A stretch of DNA of 64,000 bases from a bacterium (GCA_030654225.1 JAURXY010000003.1:16056-80055), one strand, 5' to 3'. Numbered from the stretch's first letter, positions 28,756 to 38,456 are shown. Numbers and translations: made by a program. Notes: generated by a model not told the origin, from the letters alone.

Positions 28756-28845
28756 AAAATAAAAAAATCAGGTGGTGGTGGGCAAATTGTGATTGAATAT
28801 TATTCCAAAGAAGAACTGAATAATATTTTAGGGAAGATAAAATAA
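28756..28845 (+). repeat. Direct repeat copy B (non-coding duplicate of the parB 3' end)
   Basis: aaaataaaaaaatcaggtggtggtgggcaaattgtgattgaatattattccaaagaagaactgaataatattttagggaagataaaataa is 86/90 identical to 25866-25955. Lies outside any annotated gene. Confidence 0.9.
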
Positions 28846-29038
28846 TTAGATGTTAGAAAAAATTATTCAAGTAGCTGTTGAATTTTATAAAAAAATTATT
28901 GGCGTATATTGGCCGACTTATTTTTCGTGGCTCACAGAAAAACTAAGTGGAACGGAACCATTTGCAACGCTTTTAATTTCAATCTTTCTAATTTTCGCAC
29001 TTATAATTTATATTTGGTTTCGTAACCGCAACGACTAA

Positions 29039-30517
29039 CTAAATCATCCCTTCTTTCTTCATAAACTTTTTGATATGTGATTTGGCGGCGGAGGTTTTGA
29101 CGAAGCGAAGCCAGTCTCGGCTGGGGTTTTTGTGATCTTTAGTGGTGAGTATTTCAAGTACGTCCCCATTTCTTACTTTATAGTCCAGTGGCACCATCTT
29201 ACCATTTGCTTTGGCGCTCATAGCGCGGTCACCAATTTCACTGTGCACCCTATAGGCAAAATCAATAGGGGCGGCTTCTTCGGGCAGATCAATAACATCA
29301 CCTTTCGGAGTAAAAGCAAAAATGTGATTTTTGAAAAAATCAATCTTGAGACTTTCTATAAATTCTTTGTCATCCTTGCCAAGTTCATTTTGCCATTCGC
29401 GCAGTTGTTTTACCCAAGCAATTTCTTTCTCCGGAACCTTGGCTTTTTCGCGAAAGAAGAAATTTTTGAAAGTTTTTTTCTTTTCAGAATATATCCAATG
29501 GGCGGCAATTCCAAATTCTGCTTCATCATCCATTTGTTTGGTGCGAATTTGAATTTCCAAAAAATTTCCGGCTGGTCCAAAAATTGTAGTGTGAATGGAT
29601 TGATAGCCATTAGGTTTTGGCAAGGAAATGTAGTCCTTAATGCGTCCAACTAGCGGTCTATATTTTTTGTGTACAATGCCCAGTGTTTCATAGCAATTGA
29701 CAATTTCTGGTACGATGATTCGAATGCCAGCTAAATCATAAATTTTTCCAATGTCCATATCATGTTTTTTGAGTTTTTGGAAAAGACTGTACAGTCGTTT
29801 GGATCGGCCAAAAATTTCGAGGACTTGAATTTTTTCTTGAGACAATTCTTTTTTTAGCTCTGCTACCATAACATCAATGTATTTTTTCATAGCTTCTTTT
29901 TGTTCGGCGGATATTTTGGCAGTATACTGATAGTTTTCTTTATCCAAAAATTTGAAAGCCAAATCTTCTAGGTTGCCTTTCATCTCTCCAATTCCCAGTC
30001 GATTGGCAATGGGCGCAAAAACATCCAGCGTTTCTCTGGCAATTCGCTCTTGTTTTTCTGGTGGCAAACTTTCGAGCGTTTCCATGTTATGCAACCGATC
30101 AGCTAGTTTGATTATCACCACGCGAATATCTTCAGCCATAGCCAAAAACATTTTGCGAAGATTTTCCAAATAATTTTCTTCTTTTGCTCCGCGCAATTTT
30201 ATTTTTCCAAGCTTTGTTACCCCATCAACCATTTTGGCAATTTCCGGTCCGAAATTTTTTTCTATTTCTTCCAATGTGACTTGGGTGTCTTCTGGAACAT
30301 CATGCAAGAGTCCCGCGGAAATTGTTTTTGAGCCCATTCCCATATGGGCTAGATTTAAGGCGGTATGTAATGAGTGCTGAATATAGTCTTCGCCCGATTT
30401 TCTTTTTTGACCAATATGTGCATTAAGAGCTGTCTGATAAGCACTTCTAATCAAAGCTTCTCGACGAGAATCCATAGTAAGTTTGGAATTTTTTATTACA
30501 TCTTCAATAGTTATCAT
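29039..30517 (-). CDS. rel: Bifunctional (p)ppGpp synthetase/hydrolase, short RelA/SpoT homolog
   Basis: HD hydrolase (HSLHTALNLA...LLHDVPEDT), synthetase (YDLAGIRIIVPEIVNCYETLGIVHKKYRP...YQSIHTTIFGP) and TGS regions. 492 aa. Confidence 0.9.
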   Translation of the reverse strand: MITIEDVIKNSKLTMDSRREALIRSAYQTALNAHIGQKRKSGEDYIQHSLHTALNLAHMGMGSKTISAGLLHDVPEDTQVTLEEIEKNFGPEIAKMVDGVTKLGKIKLRGAKEENYLENLRKMFLAMAEDIRVVIIKLADRLHNMETLESLPPEKQERIARETLDVFAPIANRLGIGEMKGNLEDLAFKFLDKENYQYTAKISAEQKEAMKKYIDVMVAELKKELSQEKIQVLEIFGRSKRLYSLFQKLKKHDMDIGKIYDLAGIRIIVPEIVNCYETLGIVHKKYRPLVGRIKDYISLPKPNGYQSIHTTIFGPAGNFLEIQIRTKQMDDEAEFGIAAHWIYSEKKKTFKNFFFREKAKVPEKEIAWVKQLREWQNELGKDDKEFIESLKIDFFKNHIFAFTPKGDVIDLPEEAAPIDFAYRVHSEIGDRAMSAKANGKMVPLDYKVRNGDVLEILTTKDHKNPSRDWLRFVKTSAAKSHIKKFMKKEGMI

Positions 30518-30532
30518 AAGAAGTAGTACATT

Positions 30533-32782
30533 CTAGTCTTGATTTTCTTTTTCAAAATCACATTCCTTAGCGGAACATTTGATTTTATTTTTCGCCGCAA
30601 AAACCAGAAGGCCTTTGCATTTAGGGCAAATTTCTCCATTGGGTTTGTTCCAAATAGCAAAATCACATTTAGGATAAGTATTGCAACCATAGAAACTGCG
30701 CCCGCGCTTAGATTTTCGTTCAACGATTTCTCCCACGCCACACTTAGGACAATTTACGCCAGTTTTATTTTCGATTTTTTTGATATTTTTGCAATTAGGA
30801 TAGGCGCTGCAACCCAGAAACATTCCAAATTTACCTCTTTTTATTGCCATTGGTGCGCCACAAAGTTCACAAGCTTCTTTGCCATTTTCTTTTTCAATGC
30901 CTTCTTCAATCTTTTTTTCATCTTCTGTTTTTTCAGTATGCTTGCAATTTGGATAATTGGAACAAGCCACAAATTTTCCAAAGCGACCAAATTTCACAAT
31001 CAAATCCCCGCCACATTCTGGACAACTTGTCCCAAGTTTTTCTTGAAAACTTTCCTTGGTCACTTCTTTGGTTTTTTCTTTGAGATTTTTGTGAAATGGT
31101 ACATAAAAATCTTTGATCACCGGCACCCATTCTTTTTTACCTTCAGCAATTTCATCTAAGTCTTCTTCCATTTTTGCGGTAAATTTATAATCAACAATTT
31201 GGGAAAAATGCTCTGCCAAAAGATCACTAACAACAAAACCTATTTCCAGTGGAAAGAGTTTTCTATTTTCATCTTTCTCTACATATTTTCTGTCGATGAT
31301 AGTGGAAATGGTTGGCGCATAAGTGGATGGTCGGCCAATGCCAAATTCTTCCATAGTTTTAATAAGGGCAGCTTCGCTGTAGCGGGCGGGCGGGGTGGTA
31401 AATTTTTGCTCAGGCTTAATTTCAACTAAATCAACCTTTTCTTTTTCTTCTAGTTCCGGCAAAATATTTTCGGTAACAGGCATTTTGTCTCCATAAATTT
31501 TTAGATAGCCATCAAATCTAATGGTGGAGCCATTGGCACGCAAAGTATAAATATCCGGGGAATTTTTTTGAAAAGCTCTGATATCTACTGCGACACTGTC
31601 TAAGATCGCACTAGCCATTTGAGAAGCTATCATTCTTTGCCAAATTAATTTATATAGTCGGTATTGTTTTGAATCTAGATATTCTTTTATCGACTCTGGA
31701 TCATGTTCGGGAAAAGTTGGACGGATAGCCTCATGAGCTTCCTGCGCACCCTTGGATTTATTTTTGAAAAAACGCGGACTAGCTAGGGCATATTCTTTTC
31801 CAAAAAGAGTTTCAATTTTTTTCGTAGCAGAAATCAAGGATTCCATAGAAAGATTCAAACTGTCAGTTCGCATATAGGTAATTAGTCCAACAGAACCAGC
31901 GGAACCGATATTTATTCCTTCGTATAATTTTTGGGCAATAGCCATAGTTTGTTTGGCGCTGTAGCCAAGGCGACTATTAGCGTCTTGTTGCAAGGTGGAA
32001 GTAGTGTAGGGAGGAAGGGGATTTTTTTGAACTTCTTTTTTAGAAACATTTTCTATTTCAAAGTCAGCTTTTTCTAGAAAACTTTTCATCGCTCCGGCTT
32101 GTTTTTTATCCTTTATTCCCATCTTGCCAAAAGCTTTGCCATTTTCTTTGGAAAGTTTGGCTTCGAAAATTTCATCAGCGCCAGATTTTTGTTTTTTCAA
32201 ATTAGCTATTATGGTCCAATATTCTTCTGGTTTGAAAGCCTTAATTTCTTTTTCGCGTTCAACGATAAGACGCAGTGCCACAGATTGAACACGGCCAGCT
32301 GAGAGTCCGCGTCTAATTTTTTTCCATAAAAATGGAGAAAGCTCATAACCAACTAAGCGATCTAAAACTCTCCTTGCTTGTTGTGCATCAACTAAATTTA
32401 AATCTATTGAACGAGGATTGGCCAGCGCTTTTTCAATGGCAGTTTTGGTTATCTCATGAAAAACTATGCGCTGAGTATTTTTTTCGGATAACCCTAAGGC
32501 TTCTTGCAGATGCCAAGAAATGGCTTCTCCTTCACGGTCTTCGTCAGTTGCGAGAATTACTTCATTAGCTTTCTTGGCTAATTTTTGAAGTTCGGAAACT
32601 CTAGGTAAAGCTTTGGAAGGAATGGTATATTCTGGGGTAAAATTGTTCTTGATATCAATGCCCATTTCTTTTTGAGGCAAATCGCGAACATGTCCATAGG
32701 ATGATTTCACGATAAAACTTTTTCCTAGGAATTTAGAAATAGTTTTGGCTTTAGTTGGAGACTCTACGATAACTAGCTTCAT
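30533..32782 (-). CDS. topA: DNA topoisomerase I
   Basis: TOPRIM N-terminus MKLVIVESPTKAKTISKFLG...GHVRDLP, a type IA core, and C-terminal C4 zinc ribbons. 749 aa. Confidence 0.95.
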   Translation of the reverse strand: MKLVIVESPTKAKTISKFLGKSFIVKSSYGHVRDLPQKEMGIDIKNNFTPEYTIPSKALPRVSELQKLAKKANEVILATDEDREGEAISWHLQEALGLSEKNTQRIVFHEITKTAIEKALANPRSIDLNLVDAQQARRVLDRLVGYELSPFLWKKIRRGLSAGRVQSVALRLIVEREKEIKAFKPEEYWTIIANLKKQKSGADEIFEAKLSKENGKAFGKMGIKDKKQAGAMKSFLEKADFEIENVSKKEVQKNPLPPYTTSTLQQDANSRLGYSAKQTMAIAQKLYEGINIGSAGSVGLITYMRTDSLNLSMESLISATKKIETLFGKEYALASPRFFKNKSKGAQEAHEAIRPTFPEHDPESIKEYLDSKQYRLYKLIWQRMIASQMASAILDSVAVDIRAFQKNSPDIYTLRANGSTIRFDGYLKIYGDKMPVTENILPELEEKEKVDLVEIKPEQKFTTPPARYSEAALIKTMEEFGIGRPSTYAPTISTIIDRKYVEKDENRKLFPLEIGFVVSDLLAEHFSQIVDYKFTAKMEEDLDEIAEGKKEWVPVIKDFYVPFHKNLKEKTKEVTKESFQEKLGTSCPECGGDLIVKFGRFGKFVACSNYPNCKHTEKTEDEKKIEEGIEKENGKEACELCGAPMAIKRGKFGMFLGCSAYPNCKNIKKIENKTGVNCPKCGVGEIVERKSKRGRSFYGCNTYPKCDFAIWNKPNGEICPKCKGLLVFAAKNKIKCSAKECDFEKENQD

Positions 32783-32811
32783 AAATTTTTATTATTAGAG
32801 ATTGGAAATTA

Positions 32812-32960
32812 TATAGGACTTACGCACTTCTCTTCAAATCTATTGTTCGCTGAAATTACAAAAAAATAAACTAAGATTATAGATAGTAATTATAGATTTC
32901 AATCCTGCCATTGTACTGGCTACATAAATAGATTTTCAGAAAAATGCGTAAGTCCTATTA
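32812..32960. repeat. ~150-bp intergenic element bounded by 15-17-bp inverted repeats (TATAGGACTTACGCA ... TGCGTAAGTCCTATTA)
   Basis: Left IR at 32812-32826 and right IR at 32945-32960 are reverse complements. The right IR overlaps the dprA stop codon, and the element sits upstream of the topA start. Confidence 0.6.
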
Positions 32961-34076
32961 TAGTTGAATATAATTTTGTCCGCCAATGTTTTTTACCCAG
33001 CCTTTAATTTCCATCATTGAAAGTGTGCCGGAACACATTGCTGTTTGCAGTTTAGCTAGTTTAGCAATATTGTCAATGTGAAGCGGATCAGTGGAAAGGA
33101 TTTTTAGCAGTATTTTTTCTTCAGCAGTCGTTGGATTTTTTGGAGATAATTCTTTTCTCACAGTTTCTTTGTTTAAATCTAATTCTTCCAGGATATCTTT
33201 TATCCCCGTAACAACGCGGGCACCAGATTTTATGAGATTATTGGTGCCGAAAGATAGTGGGGAAAAGATTGAACCCGGCACAGAAAAAATTTCTCGATTA
33301 TATTCCAGGGCCATATTAGCTGTTATAAGTGAACCGCTTTTTTCTCCCGCTTCAATTACGATTGTTCCAAGTGTAAGCCCAGCGATAATTCTGTTTCTAG
33401 CAGGAAAAGTCATTGGTCCGGCAGGCATTTCCAACGGATATTCGCTAACAAGGGCTCCACTTCTCATTATTTCACGAGATAAATTGAAATTATTTCTTGG
33501 ATAAATATTTATATCATCTAAACTGTTGCCAAGAACAGCAATAGTTTGCCCGGCATTGTCCAGTGCACCTCGGTGAGCGAAGGTGTCAATGCCAAGCGCC
33601 ATTCCACTCACAACTACAACGCCAGCGCTAGCTAAATCTTTGGCGAGGCTAGTGGCAATTTGCGAACCATAAGCAGTGTATCTTCTTGAGCCAACAATGG
33701 AAATCATCGGAGAGGCATTTATATTAAATTCTCCTTTTGTATAAATAATATATGGAGGGTTGTTAATTTCTTTGAGAAGGGCAGGGTAGAGCGAATCGGG
33801 AAGGGTAATCATCTGGATATTTTCTTTTTGCATTTTTTCCCATTCAAAATCAGGGTTAATATTGGCTTTTTCCAAGAATATTTTTTCGGCTAATTTTTCT
33901 CCAACAGCACTATTTTTAAGATCTTCTAGGCTGGCGTGCCAAATATTTTCACCAGTTTCGAAAAAATTCAAAAGCATCTGCATTTTTTTTGCTCCAACTC
34001 CAGCGATTTTGTTTAGCGCGTTCAAATATTTCATAAGTTCTCTTTCAATGTAGCACAAAAGTGAAAAACTTGACAA
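32958..34076 (-). CDS. dprA: DNA processing protein DprA/Smf
   Basis: ISIVGSRRYTAYGSQIATSLAKDLASAGVVVVSGMALGIDTFAHRGAL is the DprA Rossmann-like core. Confidence 0.9.
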   Translation of the reverse strand: MSSFSLLCYIERELMKYLNALNKIAGVGAKKMQMLLNFFETGENIWHASLEDLKNSAVGEKLAEKIFLEKANINPDFEWEKMQKENIQMITLPDSLYPALLKEINNPPYIIYTKGEFNINASPMISIVGSRRYTAYGSQIATSLAKDLASAGVVVVSGMALGIDTFAHRGALDNAGQTIAVLGNSLDDINIYPRNNFNLSREIMRSGALVSEYPLEMPAGPMTFPARNRIIAGLTLGTIVIEAGEKSGSLITANMALEYNREIFSVPGSIFSPLSFGTNNLIKSGARVVTGIKDILEELDLNKETVRKELSPKNPTTAEEKILLKILSTDPLHIDNIAKLAKLQTAMCSGTLSMMEIKGWVKNIGGQNYIQL

Positions 34077-34111
34077 ATATTCAATCTATGCTAGAATAGT
34101 CTACTAATATG

Positions 34112-34149
34112 CGATGCGAATCTACGAATGACATGCGAATCTACGAATA
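34112..34149 (+). promoter_or_regulatory. Dispersed element: tandem ATGCGAATCTACGAAT dimer
   Basis: gatgcgaatctacgaatgacatgcgaatctacgaataaa. The same 38-bp dimer recurs at 36516-36553 and 50651-50688, with variants at 43207-43245, 50046-50084 and 50205-50243. Confidence 0.6.
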
Positions 34150-35222
34150 AATTCAAAGGAATGATTAAAAATAAACTAAAAAATTCAGAAATTGTGAGCA
34201 GAAGCGACAAAAAATCGCTATTTTTAGGTTTATCAAACGATTTGCTTTCTGGGTTGAATCAACGATCTCGAGAAATAGTGCAGAAAAGATTTGGTCTTTT
34301 GAATGGAAACCGAGAAACACTGGATAAAATTGGGCGTCACTATGGGATAACAAGAGAAAGAGTGCGACAGATAATTTTTGAAGCGCTTCGAAATATCTCC
34401 GCCAAAACGGAACATGAAAGCTTTGTGAGCGCCGAAGAAAAAATAATTTTTACAATTAACCAAAACGATGGTATAATAAAAGTAAGTGAAATTATTGAAA
34501 AATTTAATTCCACTGGACAAGCGGAAGCGAACGCTATAAAGTTTTTTGCTCTTTGTTCTAAGAGAATTTTAGAAGCTGAAGAAAAAAATGTTTTTGAAAA
34601 GATTTGGACAGTTTCTGAAGATATACTTTCTGAGGTGAAGAAAACTTTAACTGAAGCTGAAAAAATTGTCAAAGAAGAAAAGAGGTTGTTTAGTGACGAG
34701 GAAATTATCGAGAAACTTTTTTCTGCTTTGCCACATTTGCCAAAAGGAAAAATTCTAAACTTTCTCAAAACCTCAGCTAACATCAAGAAAAATAAGTTTG
34801 GCAAGAGAGGCATGAAAAATTGGGCGGAAGTTTCCCCAAAAGGAACGCGAGAAAGGGTACATCTAGTTCTCAAGGAACACAAAAAACCCTTGCATTTTGT
34901 GGAAATCGCCAGTCTTATTGACAAATTTGAATTAGGCAAGAGAAAAGCTCATCCGCAAACTGTGCACAATGAATTAATCAAGGATGAAAGATTCGTTTTG
35001 ATTGGAAGAGGAATCTATGCACTCCGCGAATGGGGATATTCTGAAGGGACAATTCAGGAAGTGATCAAGAGTATTTTGAAGGAAAAGAAAAAACCTCTGA
35101 AAAAAGAAGAGATAATTGAAGAAGTTTTGAGAATTCGAAAAGTAAAAAAAACTACGATTAGTATCAATTTGAATAATGCTAAAATTTTTGAGAGAAAAAA
35201 CGAGACTTATACTATAAAATAA
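34128..35222 (+). CDS. Sigma-70 region-4 (HTH) domain protein with uncharacterised C-terminal domain
   Basis: LSGLNQRSREIVQKRFGLLNGNRETLDKIGRHYGITRERVRQIIFEALRNI matches sigma-70 region 4.2. The start is probably the MIKNK ATG at 34161. About 250 further aa have no recognisable motif. Confidence 0.55.
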   Translation: MTCESTNKFKGMIKNKLKNSEIVSRSDKKSLFLGLSNDLLSGLNQRSREIVQKRFGLLNGNRETLDKIGRHYGITRERVRQIIFEALRNISAKTEHESFVSAEEKIIFTINQNDGIIKVSEIIEKFNSTGQAEANAIKFFALCSKRILEAEEKNVFEKIWTVSEDILSEVKKTLTEAEKIVKEEKRLFSDEEIIEKLFSALPHLPKGKILNFLKTSANIKKNKFGKRGMKNWAEVSPKGTRERVHLVLKEHKKPLHFVEIASLIDKFELGKRKAHPQTVHNELIKDERFVLIGRGIYALREWGYSEGTIQEVIKSILKEKKKPLKKEEIIEEVLRIRKVKKTTISINLNNAKIFERKNETYTIK

Positions 35223-35240
35223 AAATTTCATTTTAATGTC

Positions 35241-36512
35241 ATGAACAACGCTTCGGACATCTTCGCAATATTTGTAGCCTTGTGGCAAGCCATCAGTTTT
35301 TTTTGGTGGATTATATTGCCGATAATGTTTTGGTATATTTTCAAAATTATTTGGAAAGACTTCACTCTTGTCAAATCTGTTATTTCTTGGCGAAGGCTTC
35401 AGCAGTGGACATTTGTGGAGATAATTCCTCCACGAGAGATTGAAAAAGGTCCCAAAATGATGGAAACTATTTTTTCCAGTATGGCTGGAGTCTTGTCGAC
35501 ATACAACACTTTTGATGAATATTTAAAAGGAGCTTGGGAACACGACCGTTTTAGTTTGGAAATTGTGGGAGAAGAAGGAAAGCTCCATTTCTATATCCGC
35601 ACGCAAAAAAGATTTTTGGGACTTGTGGAAGCTAATATCTATGCACAATATCCAGACGCAGAAGTTTTGGAGGTGCCCGACTATACGGCAAATTTTCCGA
35701 AAATTATTCCCAACAAAGATTGGGATCTTTGGGGGACTGATTTTGAATTTGTAGCCAAAGGTCCGATTCCAATTAAGACTTATGACAGATTTGAAGAAAC
35801 TGTTTCAGGAGAAATGAATGATCCAATGTCGGCTATTGCGGAAATAATCGGATCGCTTGGTCCTGGGCAGCACATTTGGCTTCAATACGTTTTGCAACCC
35901 TTGCCAGAGCCAGAAGCAAAAAAGAAAGAGCATATGGATGTGTTAAAAAAACTCAAAGGAGAAAAAGTGGTTGAGGTAATGGGACTTGGCGGACATCTGA
36001 TAGACGTTTTTTCTAATTTAACCAAGGGCTTGTCGGCTCCCGTAGAATTTGCAGCAGCAAAAAAAGAAGAATTGGGGCCATTGGAATTTCGACTTTCTCC
36101 GGGGGAAAAAGATCTTTTGAAAGCTACTGAAGAAAATCTAGGGAGAAATCTTTTCAAAACAAAAATGCGCTATATTTATTTGGCAAAAAAAGATAGTTGG
36201 GATGGATCATATAAAACTTCTTTTATCGGGGCATTGAAACAATTTAATGATTTGAATTTTAATCAGTTTAAGCCGGAAGATATTTCTAAAACTTATGGAA
36301 AAATATTTTTTACTGAGCCAAGAGCTAATATAAGGAAAAGAAAACTTCTGAATCGCTATAGATTTCGTAATATGGATGGAGTGAATATGATTTTTTCTAC
36401 CAAAGAATTGGCGACAGTGTTTCATTTCCCTGATATGGGAGTAAAATCACCTGCGGTACAAAGAACTGCGGGAAGATTGGGTAGTGCGCCGGCTAATTTA
36501 CCAATAGAATAA
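35241..36512 (+). CDS. Hypothetical membrane-anchored protein (2 N-terminal TM helices)
   Basis: 423 aa, N-terminal FAIFVALWQAISFFWWIILPIMFWYIF then a soluble domain. No recognised motif. Located immediately upstream of the VirD4-like ATPase. Confidence 0.45.
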   Translation: MNNASDIFAIFVALWQAISFFWWIILPIMFWYIFKIIWKDFTLVKSVISWRRLQQWTFVEIIPPREIEKGPKMMETIFSSMAGVLSTYNTFDEYLKGAWEHDRFSLEIVGEEGKLHFYIRTQKRFLGLVEANIYAQYPDAEVLEVPDYTANFPKIIPNKDWDLWGTDFEFVAKGPIPIKTYDRFEETVSGEMNDPMSAIAEIIGSLGPGQHIWLQYVLQPLPEPEAKKKEHMDVLKKLKGEKVVEVMGLGGHLIDVFSNLTKGLSAPVEFAAAKKEELGPLEFRLSPGEKDLLKATEENLGRNLFKTKMRYIYLAKKDSWDGSYKTSFIGALKQFNDLNFNQFKPEDISKTYGKIFFTEPRANIRKRKLLNRYRFRNMDGVNMIFSTKELATVFHFPDMGVKSPAVQRTAGRLGSAPANLPIE

Positions 36513-36515
36513 ACC

Positions 36516-36553
36516 GATGCGAATCTACGAATTTAATGCGAATCTACGAACAA
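36516..36553 (+). promoter_or_regulatory. Dispersed element: tandem ATGCGAATCTACGAA dimer
   Basis: gatgcgaatctacgaatttaatgcgaatctacgaacaa, 35 nt upstream of the ATPase start codon. Confidence 0.6.
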
Positions 36554-36587
36554 AATACGAAAAATTTTATTAATTACAAAAATTACA

Positions 36588-38450
36588 ATGGGTGATATTA
36601 ACTTATTTGCTAAAACTAATTTTAGGAATCAAGAAAGAAGTTTTGGGATAAAAACAGATGACCGTAGGCGTCATATGTATGTGATTGGAAAGACTGGAAT
36701 GGGAAAATCTAACATGTTGGAAAACATGGCGATTCAAGATATTCAAGCTGGCCGGGGAATGTGCTATGTTGATCCGCACGGTGAAGGCGCAGAAAAAATG
36801 CTTCGAGCTATTCCGGCTAATCGCATAAATGATGTGGTCTATTTCAATCCGGCGGACAAAGAATTTCCAATTGCTTTTAACATTCTGGAATCAGTCGAGG
36901 AGGACAAAAAACATTTGGTGGCTTCTGGCATGATGGGAGTTTTCAAAAAAATCTGGCCAGATGTTTGGAGTCCAAGAATGGAATATATTTTGAACAATAC
37001 GATTTTGGCACTACTAGATTATCCTGGTTCGACAATGCTTGGAGTGAATCGAATGATGAGTGACAAAGATTATAGAAAAAGAGTTTATCCAAAGATAAAA
37101 GATCCGGTGGTGAAATCTTTTTGGCTGAATGAATTTGATAAATGGGAAGATAAATTCAGAAAAGAAGCCGTAGCGGCTATTCAAAACAAAGTGGGACAAT
37201 TTTTGTCATCTTTTGTCATTCGTCATATCGTAGGGCAACCAAAATCTTCCATTGATATGCGAGATATTATGGATAATGAGAAAATTTTAATTGTTAATCT
37301 TTCTAAGGGGAGAATTGGAGAGGATGCCATGAGACTTTTGGGCGGAATGATTGTGACTAAAATTCAGTTGGCGGCAATGGGACGAGTAGAAATTCCAGAA
37401 AATGAAAGAAAAGATTTTTTTCTTTATGTGGATGAATTTCAAAATTTCGCCACTGAATCTTTTGCTAATATTTTGTCCGAAGCTAGAAAATATCGTTTAG
37501 CTTTAATTTTAGCGCATCAATATGTCAATCAGTTGATTTTTGATGGCAATACCACAGTGCGAGATGCCATTTTTGGCAACGTTGGAACAATCGTTTCTTT
37601 TCGCGTTGGAGCGGAAGATGCTGAGGCTTTGGAAAAAGAATTCGATCCTGTTTTTTTAATGAACGATATTGTGAATCTTTCCAAATATCAAATGTATTTG
37701 AAGCTCATGATCGATGGTATTGCCGGAGATGCTTTCAGCGCTACTTCTCTTCCGCCGATAAGTCTAGCTGATACTGAAAATAATGAAGGAAAGGCAATAG
37801 CTGTTTCGCGTGAACGCTATGGAAAATCCAGAAAAGAAGTGGAAGAAAAAATTGCGCGTTGGAGCGGAATGTTTGATTTTGAAGAATTTGAAAATGAAGG
37901 AGGCGGAGAAAAGGTTGACACGGAAAAGCCTAAAGAAAAAAATATTATTATTCCTAATCCACAAGCGAAAAAATCAAGATTAAATAACGTAGAAAGAGAT
38001 AGTAATAGTATAAAAAATGAGGCAGTGATTAAGGCTGTAATTCCAGTTGAAAAAATTATTAACACTGAAATTAAGGAAGAGAAAAAAATGTACGACGCCG
38101 TTTGTAGTAATTGTGATGAAAAAATTCAAGTGCCATTTGCGCCTGATCCGAAACGACCAACTTTTTGCAAGGAATGTCTCAAGGAATATCAAAGAGCCAG
38201 AGCGGTAAATCAAAAAGAAAAAGAAGAAAAGCAAAGTTATGTAGCGAAAAGAGAGATTACTCCGAAATATTCGCGAGATGAAGAGAGACAGCAAAATTCA
38301 AAACCGGATGTGATTGTTTCCTGCGACAAGCCGATGAGTCTTTCTCAAATGTCGCATATTGCACCCAAAAAATTCAAGTCTCTTCGAAAAAAATCGGAAG
38401 TTAATTTAGCTGACGTGAGAAATTTGATAAACCAAACAAAAAATAATTAA
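36588..38450 (+). CDS. AAA-like ATPase of the TraD/TraG/VirD4 (type IV coupling protein, DUF87-like) family with C-terminal zinc ribbon
   Basis: Walker A HMYVIGKTGMGKSN, Walker B FFLYVDEFQNF, and the RLALILAHQ motif characteristic of the TraG/VirD4 C-terminal domain. C-terminal CSNCDEKIQ...CKEC zinc ribbon. No N-terminal TM region. Confidence 0.6.
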   Translation: MGDINLFAKTNFRNQERSFGIKTDDRRRHMYVIGKTGMGKSNMLENMAIQDIQAGRGMCYVDPHGEGAEKMLRAIPANRINDVVYFNPADKEFPIAFNILESVEEDKKHLVASGMMGVFKKIWPDVWSPRMEYILNNTILALLDYPGSTMLGVNRMMSDKDYRKRVYPKIKDPVVKSFWLNEFDKWEDKFRKEAVAAIQNKVGQFLSSFVIRHIVGQPKSSIDMRDIMDNEKILIVNLSKGRIGEDAMRLLGGMIVTKIQLAAMGRVEIPENERKDFFLYVDEFQNFATESFANILSEARKYRLALILAHQYVNQLIFDGNTTVRDAIFGNVGTIVSFRVGAEDAEALEKEFDPVFLMNDIVNLSKYQMYLKLMIDGIAGDAFSATSLPPISLADTENNEGKAIAVSRERYGKSRKEVEEKIARWSGMFDFEEFENEGGGEKVDTEKPKEKNIIIPNPQAKKSRLNNVERDSNSIKNEAVIKAVIPVEKIINTEIKEEKKMYDAVCSNCDEKIQVPFAPDPKRPTFCKECLKEYQRARAVNQKEKEEKQSYVAKREITPKYSRDEERQQNSKPDVIVSCDKPMSLSQMSHIAPKKFKSLRKKSEVNLADVRNLINQTKNN

Positions 38451-38456
38451 GGAAAA

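Noticed and set aside
28850-29038. 62-aa ORF after the second parB-terminus repeat
   Set aside because: It has no motif and is hydrophobic and low complexity. It could be a small membrane protein but is equally likely to be a chance ORF in the AT-rich spacer, so it was left unannotated.
30539-31159. 206-aa + strand ORF, along with several other 60-200-aa ORFs (e.g. 29132-29653, 47049-47657, 52017-52535, 34340-34939, 2563-2787), antisense to long conserved genes
   Set aside because: They lie entirely within or opposite well-supported genes (topA, rel, ftsA-like, rpoA, sigma-r4 protein, NuoL-like). Their low-complexity F/K-rich translations are typical of AT-rich antisense frames, and no motifs are present.
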